This document shows positions 24,370 through 37,459 of a DNA stretch of 64,000 bases, piece after piece. The position numbers and the translations under genes were made by a program. Source of the stretch: Mustelus asterias. Taxonomy: Eukaryota. Positions within the stretch are counted from its first letter, which is position 1. Every line of letters begins with the position of its first letter. Under the pieces are notes generated by a model. That model made no database searches, was not told where the DNA came from, and was given only the letters and a program-made list of their open reading frames with translations. Where the stretch lies: positions 13,950,001-14,014,000 of the forward strand of contig NC_135830.1 of NCBI RefSeq assembly GCF_964213995.1, written 5' to 3'.

Positions 24370-24650
24370 GTTGTAAACTCGCTGGTGACTCAGCAGTGTG
24401 GATGACCGAGTGAATCTCTTCCAAAACTCAGGGCAGTTAAATGGTTTCTCCCCAATGTGATCAGCTCAGAAGACTGAGTGAATCCCTTCCCACACTCAGA
24501 GTGGGTGAATGGCCTTCCCCCAGTGTGAGTGCGCCACTGAGTTTCCAGCTCTGACGGGTAACTGAGTCTCTCCTCACAGTCTCACATTTCCATGGTCTCT
24601 CGCTAATGTGACTGTGGTTGTAAACGGTGCTGTTTCCTTCCAGGTTCAAA
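24370..24650 (-). pseudogene. Short degenerate ZNF relic downstream of ZNF-4
   Basis: ERPWKCE and broken fingers followed by the shared 3' motif at ~24320-24345. Confidence 0.6.
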
Positions 24651-24856
24651 AATCTCTGCTTTTCATGTTACGATAAATTGTGTGGCTCCATCCAATCCTG
24701 ATCTGATGTTTTGTGTGAGTTTCCTGACCCCAAATCCTTCATTCTCAGACCAACAATATTAACACCTACAGCAGGGCTGGAGTCACTTTTCAATTCAGCA
24801 GAAACAGACCCAAATGAACATGGTTCAGTCTGAATATGATTCACAGCAAAATTCAA

Positions 24857-26203
24857 TCACAATAGTTCCTTGTGAATTCGCTGGTGTTTCAGCAGATTTG
24901 ATGACTGACTGAATCCCTTCCCACACACAGAGCAAGTGAACGGCTTCTCCCCAGTGTGAACTCGTTGGTGACCCTGCAACGTGTGTGAGTGAGCAAAGTC
25001 CTTCCCACATTGGGAACAAGTGAACATCCTCTCCCCAGTGTGAATCCGTTGGTGTATTGCTAGGTTGGATGATTGACTGAATCCCTTCCCACACTGGGAA
25101 CAGATGAATGGTCTCTCCCCAGTGTGAACTCGCTGATGTGTCCACAGATTGCCTGAGTGTGCAAATCCCTTCCCACACTGGGAGCAGCTGAAAGGCTTCT
25201 CCCCAGTGTGAGTTCGCTGGTGTGCCAGCAGGTGAGATGAGTCAGTGAATCGCTTCCCACACTGGGAGCAAGTTAACGGCCTCTCCCCAGTGTGAACTCG
25301 CAGGTGTATCAGGAGGTTGGATGAGCGAGCAAATCCCTTCCCACACTGGGAGCAAGTGAATGGCTTTTCCCCAGTGTGAACTCGCTGGTGTAATGATAGG
25401 TTAGATGACTGACTGAATGCCTTCCCACAAACAGAACAGCTGAATGGTCTCTCCCCAGTGTGGGTCCTCTGGTGTATGTGTAAGCTGGATGACTGAGTGA
25501 ATCCCTTCCCACACTGGGAGCAGATGAACGGCCTCTCCCCAGTGTGAATTCGCTGGTGTGTCAGCAGGTTGGCTGAGAGCGCGAATCTCTTCCCACATTG
25601 AGAACAGCTGAATGGCCTCTCCCCATTGTGAACGTGCTGGTGTTTTGTTAGCATGGATGATGCTTTGAAGCCCTTCCCACACACAGCGCAAGTGAATGGT
25701 CTGTCCTCACTGTGAATTCGCTGGTGTTTTGCTAGGTTTGATGATTGATTGAATCCCTTCCCACACACAGAGCAGGTGAATGGTTTCTCCCCCGTGTGAG
25801 TTCGCTTGTGCAATGCTAGGCTGAATGACCGATTGAATGCCTTCCCACACAGAGAGCAGGTGAATGGCCTCTCCTCAGTGTGAGTCCTCTGGTGTATATG
25901 TAAACTGGATGACTGAGTGAATCCTTTCCCACAGTGGGAGCAGGTGAATGGCCTCTCCCCTGTGTGACTACGTTGATGAATTTCCAGCAAGGATGGGGAT
26001 TTGAATCCCTTCTCACAGTCCCCACATTTCCACAGTTTCTCTCTGTTGTGACTGCAATTATGTTCCGAAAGGTCAGATGATTGGCTGAAGTCTTGTCCAC
26101 ACACAGAACATGTGTACAGTTTCTCTCCACTGTGAATAGTGCTATTTTCTTCCATGTTCAAAATGCAATGATATTCAGGGTACAATAAATTGGCCGACTC
26201 CAT
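24857..26203 (-). CDS. C2H2 zinc-finger protein ZNF-4 (15 fingers, intact)
   Basis: 448-aa ORF of uninterrupted fingers; acceptor at 26265-26266. Confidence 0.92.
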   Translation of the reverse strand: MESANLLYPEYHCILNMEENSTIHSGEKLYTCSVCGQDFSQSSDLSEHNCSHNREKLWKCGDCEKGFKSPSLLEIHQRSHTGERPFTCSHCGKGFTQSSSLHIHQRTHTEERPFTCSLCGKAFNRSFSLALHKRTHTGEKPFTCSVCGKGFNQSSNLAKHQRIHSEDRPFTCAVCGKGFKASSMLTKHQHVHNGERPFSCSQCGKRFALSANLLTHQRIHTGERPFICSQCGKGFTQSSSLHIHQRTHTGERPFSCSVCGKAFSQSSNLSLHQRVHTGEKPFTCSQCGKGFARSSNLLIHLRVHTGERPLTCSQCGKRFTDSSHLLAHQRTHTGEKPFSCSQCGKGFAHSGNLWTHQRVHTGERPFICSQCGKGFSQSSNLAIHQRIHTGERMFTCSQCGKDFAHSHTLQGHQRVHTGEKPFTCSVCGKGFSQSSNLLKHQRIHKELL

Positions 26204-26799
26204 AAGGTGCTGATACCAGGCTTGGTTTCAGTTTCCAAACTGCAAATCCTCCTCTTCTAATACCCTGTGAAATTGAATTAAAACAGAAAAAGGGAGTGAG
26301 AGAGAACCCACAAAAACACAAAGGCAGGTTGTGAAATTGAGCTGAATGAACCTGGTAATTTGTGGGGACAGCACTAGGAAAAAGTGACCATGAAAACTGC
26401 TGGATTGTCAAAACACCCAATTGATTTCCTAATGTCCTTCAGGGAAGGGAACCTGCCATCCAGTCTGGGCACTATGGGAAAAGACAGAGAGAAATAGGAG
26501 AGATCGGGAATGAAGGAGAGGGATTTTATACATCTACAACTCAATGAGAACATTGATAGAATCTCCCAAACCCTCAACTTCCACCACCTCGAAGGACCAA
26601 GATAGCAGGTAAATGTGAGCATCATCAACTCCAAGTTCCCCTCCAACTCATATCTTGACTTGTCTGACATCCAGTACTAAAAAACAGAAATTTCTTTCAA
26701 AAAATACTGGGAAAACTGAACCCATTGTGTTCAGTCCCCACTACATTTCCGGGGTTTGGGTTTGAACAACATGTTTACAAAGCCTCTCCACCCACCCGC

Positions 26800-27420
26800 C
26801 ACATTTATCATTCCCCGCGCGCCGCTCTCTACCTCGTATTGATCTCGCTTCCAAATTAAAACCGTCCGCCTCTCCGTCGCCATTACCGGCACTGCGCATG
26901 CTTCAGGTCCCGCCCTTTATTCACTCCGATTGGTTGGAGGACCAGCCGCTCCCGCTCGGTCCTCCAGCCACGCCCCCTCTTCCTATTGGCCCGGAGCTGC
27001 CGTCAATCAGCCCCCGGGCATTGTGATGTGGAGCATGCGCAGTGTGTGTATGCAGCCAGTGAGTAAGTGCCGGGTGAGCGGGAAGGATGGCGTCGGAGGG
27101 AAAGGTTTAGAAATCAGTGGTGTCGGCCACAAAAACCAGAACAGAGGCGGTCGTGTTAAATATCAAGCGGGTGAGTAACGTCTGAGAGCGGAAGGGAGCT
27201 GGAGCCGGTGGGTGTGTGCCGATGTTTCAGATAATCCTCGATAGAGGCCGCAATCCCGGAATGAGAAGCAGCCGGTTCCACGGTTGGAAGACCCGGATAC
27301 CGACCGCCATCTTTGTAGGAGGCAATGTGTAGAAAAGCGCATGCGTAGCGCCATCTTTATCAGTAGCAGTGCACCAGCGCGCGTGCGCAGTGCTCCCTTC
27401 AGCAGGCGGACTGAGTGATG
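26800..27420. promoter_or_regulatory. CpG-rich bidirectional promoter of ZNF pair 3
   Basis: 26890-27045 is homologous to 1990-2150; YY1-like cgccatcttt twice, NRF1-like gcgcatgcg; candidate donors gtgagt at 27059 and 27171. Confidence 0.75.
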
Positions 27421-27877
27421 GATTTTGGAAACTCTTTTACAAGGGGATGGTTTCCACACAGCAAACTCAAATCAAGAGAATTATTTGTCTCTTCTGAATG
27501 GAATTAGCAGTCAGAATGTTTGTTGATCTATCTAATACTGGGAACCATGAACACACAAACTTCTTATTGTTGTGTTCTCTACCTGAAGGCTGGTCTGACC
27601 AAAGTGTCAGGATCTCCGCCATGGGTCGGGCAAAGAGGCAGAACCCAAATTCACCCCAGCCAGAATGGGGATTGAACCCCGTGCTGTCGGCACCAATCTG
27701 ATCCACACCGGCCAGCTAGACCCCACAAGGAACCAGGCTGCAATGGCAACAGAAACTTTTATATCCGCTACCCGTGGAGCCATGGATAGTGATGGGAGAG
27801 GCTCCAAATTATTTCCATCATATGACTGACCAGGAATCTCTCCCGCTCTTATTGTCTATCATTGGTGTATGTTCAAA

Positions 27878-28195
27878 GGGCAGCATGGTGGCACAGTGGT
27901 TAGCACTGCTGCCTCACAGCGCCAGGGATCCAGGTTCGATTCCCGGCCCGGGTCACTGTCTGTGTGGCGTTTGCACATTCTCCCTGTGTCTGCGTGGGTT
28001 TCCTCCGGGTGCTCTGGTTTCCTCCCACAGTCCAAAGATGTGAAAGTTAGGTGCATTGGCCATGCTAAATTGCCCTTTAGTATCAGGGGGACTAGCCTGG
28101 GTCAATGCCTGGGGATAGGGCAAGGGTGGGATTGTGGTTGGTGCAGACACGATGGGCCGAATGGCCTCTTTCCGCACTAGTGATTCTATGAATGA
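27878..28195 (+). mobile_element. HE1-type SINE
   Basis: Full head, core and tail. Confidence 0.85.
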
Positions 28196-28790
28196 TTTAC
28201 AGTTTGGCCACATTATGAACACACCTTCCTCGGCCATGTACTCTGAGTGGGACTGGAAACCAGAGCTTCTGACTCAGAAGAAGGGTCACTCCCCACTGCA
28301 CCACATCTTCACAGTGCACAATCCAGACTAATAAATCCAACAGGAAAACAGGAGACATTTCTTTTCACAAACAGTTGTTAAAATGTGGAACTGACTGGAA
28401 GTAGTTGAGACAGATAACTTAGATTTTTTCAAAAGGAAACGAGATGAGAATGAGAGAAAAGTAAAGCTGAAAGGCTGAGACGAGGTTAGCAGAATGGGAG
28501 GAGACTCGTGTGGAGTAGAAACTCCGTACAGACTAGATTGCCCGAATGGCCTGTTTGTGTATTATATAGTCTATGTAATTCTTCGTGAAATTATTTTGCA
28601 GGGTAATGGAAGAGGAGGATTTGCAGTCAGGAAAAACAAACCAAACTTTGTGTCACAATTGGAAAGTCAATTCGTCAGGATGTGAAGATTTGTACACCTG
28701 AAGGGATTTAATTGACTGTCTCAGCAGGAAGCTGGTGAGAGTCTGTAAACCTGCTCTTCCTGTGGGGAGGGATTGATACAGCTGGAAAAC

Positions 28791-30131
28791 ATGCTGACAC
28801 GACAGCGAACTCGCAATAGTGAGAGTTCATTCACCTGCTCCGTGTGTGGGAAGAAATTCATGTGTTCGTCCAACCTGCTGGCTCACCAACTCGATCACAT
28901 TATTCAGAAGCCTCTTCAAAGCTCTGACTCTGGGGACAGCGTTGAAACGCCTGAGGAACAGATCCAACACCAGCTCCTTCACACTGACGAGAGACCGTTC
29001 AGCTGCTCCCACTGCGGGAAGAGGTTCAGCCAGTCCTCCCGCCTTGCAGAGCACCAGCTCCTTCACACACACGAGAGACCGTTCAGCTGCTCTCACTGTG
29101 GGGAGTCGTTCAGCAACTCAGTGCATCTCACTGAGCACCAGCAAGTTCACACCAAGGACAGGCCATTCAGCTGCTCCCAGTGTGGGAAGAGATTCTCTCA
29201 GTCCTCCCACTACACTGAGCACCAGCTCATTCATTCTGATGAGAGAAGTTTTAAATGCTCAGAGTGTGAGAAGACCTTTAAAACGAACAATAGTCTCCTG
29301 AGACACCAGTGCACTCACAGTGGGGAGAGGCCGTTCCCGTGCTCTGTGTGTGGGAAGAGATTCAATTATTCATTCCACCTTCTGAGGCACAAACTTGTTC
29401 ACACGGGGGAGAAACCATTCACCTGCTCCGAGTGTGGGAATGGATACACTCGCTCATCTCATCTTGTGATTCACCAACGAATTCACACCGGAGAAAGGCC
29501 GTTCACCTGCTCCGAGTGTGGGAGGGGATTCACTCGTTCAACGCACCTTGTGATGCACAAGCGGATTCACATTGGGGAGAGGCCATTCTCTTGCTCTGTG
29601 TGTGGGAAGAGATTCACTCAGTCATCCGCCCTGCGCACACACAAGCGAGTTCACACTGGGGAGAGACCGTTCACCTGCTTCGTGTGTGGGAAGAGTTTCC
29701 CTCGTTTGTCCCATGTTGTGATACACGAGCGGGTTCACACCGGGGAGAGGCCGTACATTTGTCATGTGTGCGGGAGGGCCTTTACTTGTTTACACCACGT
29801 GCAGAAACACCAGCTTGTTCACACCGGGGAGAAGGCCTTCATCTGCTCCGTGTGTGGGAAGCGTTTCCCTGAGTTCTCCAGCCTCCAGAGACACGAACGC
29901 ATCCACACTGGGGAGAAGCCCTTCACCTGCTGTGTGTGTGGGAAGGGATTTGTTCAGTCGTTCGACCTGGTTAAACACCGGCGAGTTCACACTAGGAAGA
30001 AGCTGCTCACCTGCTCTGTGTGTGAGAAGAGATTTACTCGGACATCCCGCCTGCTGAGACACCAGAAACTTCACATCTTACCGACAAAGCTGGACTCTGC
30101 TGTTGCTGCTGAGAATCACACCCAGGACTGA
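28791..30131 (+). CDS. C2H2 zinc-finger protein ZNF-5 (14 fingers plus 1 degenerate, intact)
   Basis: ORF 28773..30131, first ATG 28791; acceptor at 28600-28601. Confidence 0.92.
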   Translation: MLTRQRTRNSESSFTCSVCGKKFMCSSNLLAHQLDHIIQKPLQSSDSGDSVETPEEQIQHQLLHTDERPFSCSHCGKRFSQSSRLAEHQLLHTHERPFSCSHCGESFSNSVHLTEHQQVHTKDRPFSCSQCGKRFSQSSHYTEHQLIHSDERSFKCSECEKTFKTNNSLLRHQCTHSGERPFPCSVCGKRFNYSFHLLRHKLVHTGEKPFTCSECGNGYTRSSHLVIHQRIHTGERPFTCSECGRGFTRSTHLVMHKRIHIGERPFSCSVCGKRFTQSSALRTHKRVHTGERPFTCFVCGKSFPRLSHVVIHERVHTGERPYICHVCGRAFTCLHHVQKHQLVHTGEKAFICSVCGKRFPEFSSLQRHERIHTGEKPFTCCVCGKGFVQSFDLVKHRRVHTRKKLLTCSVCEKRFTRTSRLLRHQKLHILPTKLDSAVAAENHTQD

Positions 30132-30394
30132 ACCTTTTCTCCTTTCTAACTCGAGATTATTTCAGTCTCATACCTTCAATTACTCTCATGGACAAGTCCC
30201 AGCTCCCCATACCTTCCAGAGTGTCTCTCCCAGCCTCGAGATCCAGGGAAGATTTCAGTAACATTCCTGGGATCAATGAACACAAAACACAGTTTGTGAA
30301 TCACTTTCAGCGACTGGGCTCAGTGTGTGTCTCACAGGATCTCACTCACCTTCTGTATGTGAATGGAATGTCATGTCTGCAAACCAGGTTTAAA

Positions 30395-31030
30395 CTGAAT
30401 TTGATTTGATTTATTATAGTCACATGTATTAGTATTGTTTCTTGCACGCTATACAGACAAAGCATACCGTACATAGAGTACATAAGGGGAAAGGAATGAT
30501 TTGATTTATTGTCACATGTATTGGGATACAGTGAAAAGTATTGTTTCTTGTGAACTATACAGACAAACATCCTGTTCATAAAGTACAAAGGGGAGAAGGA
30601 AAGAAGAAGATGTCCAATATAATATTACAGTCATAGCTAGGGTGTGGAGAAAGATCAGCTTAATATGTGATAGGACCATTCAGAAGTCTGATGGCAGCAG
30701 GGAAAAAGCTGTTCTTGACTCGGTTGGTACGTGATCTCAGACTTTTGTACGTGACCTCAGACTTTTGTATCTTTTTCCTGATGGAAGAAGGTGGAAGAGA
30801 GAATGTTCAGGGTGCGTGGGGTCCTTGATTATGCTGGCTGCTTTTCTGAGGCCATGGGAAGTGTAGACAGAGTCACTGGATGGGAGGCTGGTTTGCGTGA
30901 TGGACTGGGCTACATTCCCAACTCTTTGTGGTTTCTTGTGGTCTTGGTCAGAGCAGGAGCCATACCAAGCTGTGATATAACCAGGAAGAATGCTTTCTAT
31001 GGTGCATCTGTAAAAGTTGATGAGAGTCGT
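30395..31030 (-). mobile_element. Rex1/Babar non-LTR retrotransposon 3' end
   Basis: Minus strand reads NFYRCTIESILPGYITAWYG...IIKDPTHPEHSLFHLLPSGKRYKSL...NSFFPAAIRLLN; (aaatc)n tail with a duplicated 3' end. Confidence 0.8.
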
Positions 31031-32079
31031 AGCCTTTTAGATCAGAGCTGAGGAGAAGGGAGTTCTGAATTGACTGCATTATCTCTGTTCTCCAGATCGA
31101 ATTCCTGTTTTAAAAATGTAATGGTATTTTATTCAAGAAACACATTCACAGCCCAAAGACTTAACTGCTGTGTAACTTACGTCAAAGATTCATAAAATTA
31201 AAGATACAACAGTGGAAATATGTGACAATCCTGTAATAACAATAAACAAATTGATCAGGTAACAGGAAAGTGGTGGACATGATATTAAAAGAAGGAACAT
31301 TGAATTAAAGTTACAGACCAATACACCATTCCTATGTTACAGGCTCTGAAATGCATATAAATTTTATCATTTCAGTACTTCGTTGAGCACTGGAACCATG
31401 TGAGGAATTACTCTGTCTGTATTATTGCAGCGCAGTTAATAAAGTCAGTAAAAGACAATCTGTTGTTGGGAATTTGATTATCTGGTGTTTGAAACCACAA
31501 GATTCAAATATTTAGAGTCAACAAGATGAACAAGGAAATACATCAGGGCCCAAAACTCCAGCTGGATATTCACAGGAGAAAGTCTGTTATTTAATACCTC
31601 AAGTGGACAGAAGAAAGATCTGAACTAAAAACCCTCCAATCATTTGTAAACATGTTTCAAATGCTGAGAGATTTCAACAGTGAGTTTCCATCACATTGAA
31701 GTCAATGGAAGGTGAGAGATGGTTAAAGGTTCCAGACAGAAATGTAACTTGATGTTTCCATTGCCTTACATTGGTAGATTCAGGAATTCACACTAACATT
31801 TTAAATCTCTACTTTTTTCAGACTGGAAACTTAAACCTGCCGTTTCACTCAGTCAGGAACAGATCCCAGTTTTACACCAATCTCTGATTTGACAGCATGT
31901 TTCCAGCAATCACTGTTGTTCTTCCTGACTCTAAACACAGTTGTAAAGGAGCTTTTGTTCCATGTCTAGGAGCTCTGAAACATGGAAGAGAGCGACTGAG
32001 ACACATTTCTTACACACCTCGGGATTAACCCACATGTTCAATCCTAACTGCAGCATTAGCCAAATCCAACTCCTGCACT

Positions 32080-33125
32080 CATTTGTGAACTCACTGGTGT
32101 CTCAGTAGGTTGGATGATGCAGCGAGTCCCTTTCCCACACACAGAGCAGGCGAATGCGCCCTCCTCAGTGTGAACTTGCTCATACGCCAGCAGCTCAGAT
32201 GAGTCAGCAAATTCCTTCCCTCACCTGGAGCATCTGAACAGCCTCTCCCCGAATGAACTTGCTGGTGTGCCGACAGACTGGATAACTGAGTAAATCCATC
32301 TCCACAAATGGAGAAGGTGAAAGTTCTCTCCTCAGTGTGACTGTGTTGATCATTTCCCAGTTGAAACGGGTAAATGAATCACATCCCTCAATCCCCATAT
32401 GTCCATGCTTTCTCCATGGTGCTGGTGTCCTTGTGTCTCTTCAGGTTGGATGATCAGTCAAAGCTTCATCCACACACACAACACGTATACAGTCTCTCCT
32501 CGCTGTGAATGCTGTGATGTATTTTCAGGATGTGTAACCGGTTAAAGCTCTTTCCACACTCAGTGCACTGGAACACTCTCACTCGGGTGTGTCTGTGTCT
32601 CGGTGCTTTTCCAGTCACACTGATATTTGAAATAGGGCGGCACGGTAGCACAGTGGTTAGCACTGCTGCTTCACAGCTCCAGGGACCTGGGTTCGATTCC
32701 CGGCTTGCGTCACTGTCTGTGTGGAGTTTGCACATTCTCCTCGTGTCTGCGTGGGTTTCCTCCGGGTGCTCCAGTTTCCTCCCACAGTCCAAAGATGTGC
32801 AGGTTAGGTTGATTGGCCAGGTTAAAAATTGCTCCTTAGAGTCCTGAGATGTGTAGGTTAGAGGGATTAGCGGGTAAATATGTGGGGGTAGGGCCTGGGT
32901 GGGATTGTGGTCGGTGCAGAGTCGATGGGCCGAATGGCCTCCTTCTGCACTGTAGGGTTTCTATGAAATCTTTTCCCACAGACAGAACAAACAAACATTT
33001 CTCCTTCCACATTGAAAGGTTAATGATATTCAGGTCCTGATGAATCGAGTGATTCTGTTAGATCTCAATGTGATGTTTGGCTATAAGTTCCCTCCCTGTA
33101 AATTATTCCCTGCTAATACCCTGGG
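32080..33125 (-). pseudogene. ZNF-6 pseudogene exon
   Basis: Shared leader and MEKAW start with several frame-disrupted fingers; interrupted by an HE1 SINE. Confidence 0.75.
32634..32963 (+). mobile_element. HE1-type SINE with 6-bp TSD
   Basis: TSD tgaaat at 32628-32633 and 32964-32969. Confidence 0.9.
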
Positions 33126-33468
33126 AATAATGTTCACAAGAATCATCAATAACCAGCCTCTTGTGCTGTTTGGGTTTCTGTTTCTCTTCCTGTACAATGT
33201 AACCCTGCCCTCATGTTCTACAGACATCCATTTCCCAAACACTGATCTGCTCGAGGGGGTTCCACCAACCCAAATGTCTGCCTCTGTACCAGGGTTACAT
33301 TCACGGCTGGGTGGCCTTGGAAAGGGAGCACGTGGTGTCCACTGCCACTGCCAGGCCTTCCATGACTGGTGGGTTCTTGTGGGGTCTGGGCTGCATCATC
33401 AATCCCGGCCCCCCAGTAATGACATTTTAGTCTCATTAGTTACCTTTCACCCTCATTCTGTTTCATGT

Positions 33469-33787
33469 CACAGAATCATAGAATCCGTACAGTGCATGAG
33501 GCCATTCGGCCCATCGAGTCTGCACCGACCACAATCCCACCCAAGCCCTATTCCCGTAACACCACATATTTACTCTCCTAATCCCCCTGACACTAGGGTC
33601 AATTTAGCACGGCCAATCAACCTAACCTGCACATCTTTGGACTGTGGGAGGAAACCAGGGCACGCGGAGGAAACCCACACAGACACGGGGAGAACATGCA
33701 AACTCCACACAGACAGTGACCCAAGGCCAGAACTGAACCCAGGTCCCTGGCGCTGTGAGGCAGCAGTGCTAACCACTGTGCTGCCCA
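33469..33787 (-). mobile_element. HE1-type SINE
   Basis: Reverse-complement head, core and tail. Confidence 0.85.
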
Positions 33788-34242
33788 TTCACTTCTGGTT
33801 TATATTAAACAACATTTTAATTAATTTTCATACATTTTCTTTGAAGTTCTGTCTTTTTGTTACAATGATGTTTTGAGGAGATTTCACTTGTTAATTAGTT
33901 TATTTGTTTTACTGGTATAAAAAACAGAACACAGATCAGAGACCTCACTGACTTCAACCCAAAGTGGAACCACAGGAAGAGGAGACTCCACAAACATCCC
34001 TATTCTCAATGATGGGTCCAGCACATCAAGACTGGGTTTTGCTTTGACTGAGGCCGAGTGTGTTATCACTCCCTTCACTGATTCCCCAGGTGAGGAGAGA
34101 CGTTCTGGAAGGTCTGGGTCCAAGAGAATAGCTAAAGGTCCGCAACTGAAATGATCCAGACAGTGAGAAAGGAGAAACACATACTCACAAATGGAGCAGC
34201 CAGTAACAGGATATCGAATAATCTCTTATCCTGGAGAAATAA

Positions 34243-35377
34243 GAACATAAGTACATAAGAAATAGGAGCAGGAGTAGGCCATCTAGCCCCTCGAGCCTGC
34301 CCCGCCATTCAATAAGATCATGGCTGATCTGACGTGGATCAGTACCACTTACCCGCCTGATCCCCATAACCCTTAATTCCCTTACCGATCAGGAATCCAT
34401 CCATCCGCGCTTTAAACATATTCAGCGAGGGAGCCTCCACCACCTCAGTGGGCAGAGAATTCCAGAGATTCACCACCCTCTGGGAGAAGAAGTTCCTCCT
34501 CAACTCTGTCTTAAACCGACCCCCCTTTATTTTGAGGCTGTGTCCTCTAGTTTTAACTTCCTTACTAAGTGGAAAGAATCTCTCCGCCTCCACCCTATCC
34601 AGCCCCCGCATTATCTTATAAGTCTCCATAAGATCCCCCCTCATCCTTCTAAACTCCAACGAGTACAAACCCAATCTCCTCAGCCTCTCCTCATAATCCA
34701 AACCCCTCATCTCCGGTATCAACCTGGTGAACCTTCTCTGCACTCCCTCCAATGCCAATATATCCTTCCTCATATAAGGGGACCAATACTGCACACAGTA
34801 TTCCAGCTGCGGCCTCACCAATGCCCTGTACAGGTGCATCAAGACATTCCTGCTTTTATATTCTATCCCCCTCGCAATATAGGCCAACATCCCATTTGCC
34901 TTCTTGATCACCTGTTGTACCTGCAGACTGGGCTTTTGCGTCTCATGCACAAGGACCCCCAGGTCCCTTTGCACGGTAGCATGTTTTAATTTGTTTCCAT
35001 TGAGATAGTAATCCCATTTATTATTATTTCCTCCAAAGTGTATAACCTCGCATTTCTCAACGTTATACTCCATTTGCCATATCCTCGCCCACTCACTCAG
35101 CCTGTCCAAATCTCTCTGCAGATCTTCTCCATCCTCCACACGATTCACTTTTCCACTTATCTTTGTGTCGTCTGCAAACTTCGTTACCCTACACTCCGTC
35201 CCCTCCTCCAGATCATCTATATAAATGGTAAACAGTTGCGGCCCGAGTACCGATCCCTGCGGCACGCCACTAGTTACCTTCCTCCAACCGGAAAAACACC
35301 CATTTATTCCGACTCTTTGCTTCCTGTCGGATAGCCAGTCCCCAATCCACTTTAACACACTTTAACACACTACCCCC
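34243..35377 (-). mobile_element. Young 5'-truncated CR1 LINE with intact RT C-terminus
   Basis: ORF 34339..35358; closely similar to 17340-18819; possible TSD aaataa at 34237-34242 and 35378-35383. Confidence 0.95.
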
Positions 35378-35530
35378 AAATAAAGGACCCGACTGTGTGT
35401 CTGAAATAATATTAGTTCATTTGACACGCATCGGAATACTAAACTGCAGCAAGTTATGAAGATTATTAACATCAGCATGAAGAAACTCCAGCTCTCAGGC
35501 TGAACATGTTTCAGGCTTGGATGTGATTAA

Positions 35531-35765
35531 TCTGGAATTAAAAGTCAACTGATGACCATGACAATTGTCGGAAAAACCCATCTGGTTCACTAATGTCCTT
35601 TAGGGAAGGAAATCTGCCGCCCTTACCTGGTCTGGCCTACATGTGATCCCAGAGCTACAGCAATGTGGTTGACTCTTAGATGGCCTCTGAAATGGAGGGT
35701 AATTAGGGATGGGCGATAAATGCTCGGCCCAGTCAGCGACCCTCACGTCCTGTAAAATGAATTTT
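35531..35765 (+). mobile_element. SacSINE1/DeuSINE-type fragment
   Basis: Core aaaacccatctggttcactaatgtcctttagggaaggaaatctgcc. Confidence 0.7.
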
Positions 35766-35796
35766 TAAAGATAACAGCAGAATCCAAATCCTTCTG

Positions 35797-36720
35797 TCAT
35801 TTGTGAACTTTCTGGTGTCTCAAAAGATGGGATGAGTGGATGAATGTCTTCCCACAGTCGGAGCAAAGGAATGGCCTCTCCCCAGTGTGAACTCGCTGGT
35901 GTGTCAGAAGATTGGCTGAATGAATGAATCCTTTTCCACACGTGGAGCAGGTGAACGACCTCTCCCCAGTGTGAACTCGCTGGTGTTTCTGGAGGCTGGA
36001 TGACAGAGTGAATCCTGTCCCACACACTGTACATCTGAATGGCCTCTCCCCATTGTGAACTCGCTGGTGTGTCAGCAGGTCAGTTGTGGTTCTGTAAGTC
36101 TTCTCACACTCAGAGCATTTGAAAAGTCTTTTATCCGTGTGAACCAGTTGGTGTTTAGCGAGGTGGGATGATCGTGCAAATGCCTTCTCACACACAGCGC
36201 AGGTGAAGGGCCTCTCCCCAGTGTGAACCCGCTGGTGTATCAGCAATTCACTTGTGGTTTTATAACTCTTCTCACATTCAGTACATTTGAAAGGTCTGTT
36301 ATCAGTGTGAACCAGACGATGTGTAGTGAGGTAGGATAATCGCGTGAATCCCTTCCCACACACAGAGCAGGTGAATGGCCTCTCCCCAGTGTGAGTGCGT
36401 TCATGTTCGATGAGGTTCTGTGATCGTATGAACCCCCTCCCACAGTGAGAGCAACTGAACTGTCTCTCAGTGTGAACAACCTGGTGCGTAACCAGGTCCT
36501 CCGAGATTTTAAAGTTGCTTTCACAGTCCGAGCGGTTTAACAGCTTCTCATCAAGGTGAACTTGCTGGTGTGAAAGCAGGTGGGATGACTGAATGAATCC
36601 CTTCCCACACATGGAGCAGGTGAATGGTCTCTCCCCAGTGTGACTGCGTTGATGATTTTTAAGCTGGGAAGGGTAACTGAACCCCTTAGCGCAATATGCA
36701 CATTTCCACTGTTTCTCCAT
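35797..36720 (-). CDS. C2H2 zinc-finger protein ZNF-7 (10 fingers plus 1 degenerate, intact)
   Basis: 307-aa ORF; acceptor at 37063-37064; putative first-exon donor at 41951. Confidence 0.9.
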   Translation of the reverse strand: MEKQWKCAYCAKGFSYPSQLKNHQRSHTGERPFTCSMCGKGFIQSSHLLSHQQVHLDEKLLNRSDCESNFKISEDLVTHQVVHTERQFSCSHCGRGFIRSQNLIEHERTHTGERPFTCSVCGKGFTRLSYLTTHRLVHTDNRPFKCTECEKSYKTTSELLIHQRVHTGERPFTCAVCEKAFARSSHLAKHQLVHTDKRLFKCSECEKTYRTTTDLLTHQRVHNGERPFRCTVCGTGFTLSSSLQKHQRVHTGERSFTCSTCGKGFIHSANLLTHQRVHTGERPFLCSDCGKTFIHSSHLLRHQKVHK

Positions 36721-37459
36721 GGTGCTGGTGTCCTTGTGTATCTCCAGGTTGGATGATCAGTTGAAGCCTCATCCACACACAGAACACGTCATGTTTTCTC
36801 CTGGCTGTGAATGTTGTGATGTTTTTTTCAGGCTGTGTAACTGGTTAAAGCTCTTTCCACACTCAGTTCACTGGAACACTCTCACTCGGGTGTGTGTGTG
36901 TCTCGGTGCTTTTCCAGTCACACTGATGTTTGCAAAACATTTCTGCTTCCACATTCAAAGGTCGATGATAATCAGGTTCTGATGAATGGAACAATTTTGT
37001 TGTATTTTTTGTGTGATGTTGTGTTTGAGTTTCACATTTGCAAAACTTCCTCTTCTAATACCCTGTAAAAGGAGTTTACAAAAATTATCATTGTAACATG
37101 ATAGAAATTCAGAACAGATATTTCATTTTTTATTGAATATTCTTTTCCCTTGTTTGTTTCCTCAAATATGTAGTCCAAACAAACTAAAAGAAGAAAAAGA
37201 TCAGCAACAAAGTACCAACAAGAAGAAAGGTTAGCTTCCTAATGAACCAGAATGTTGTTTCCAATGTCTTGAAGTTACTTTGTACCCTGCGATGCTCATC
37301 AGTTGTGGAAGGTAGCAAGTGTATCAGTGGACACCACATGCTCCCTCTCCAGGAGAGACTGCAAGGATATGCGACATCCACCCAATTGCTATGGACACTG
37401 CTCATTCAGCTTCAACAAATTGTTGTTTGAATCTGGCCCAAGAGCAGGTCCAGGAGAAG

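Noticed and set aside
33040-33876. 278-aa ORF
   Set aside because: It is composed of antisense ZNF leader and HE1 SINE sequence, with no domain.
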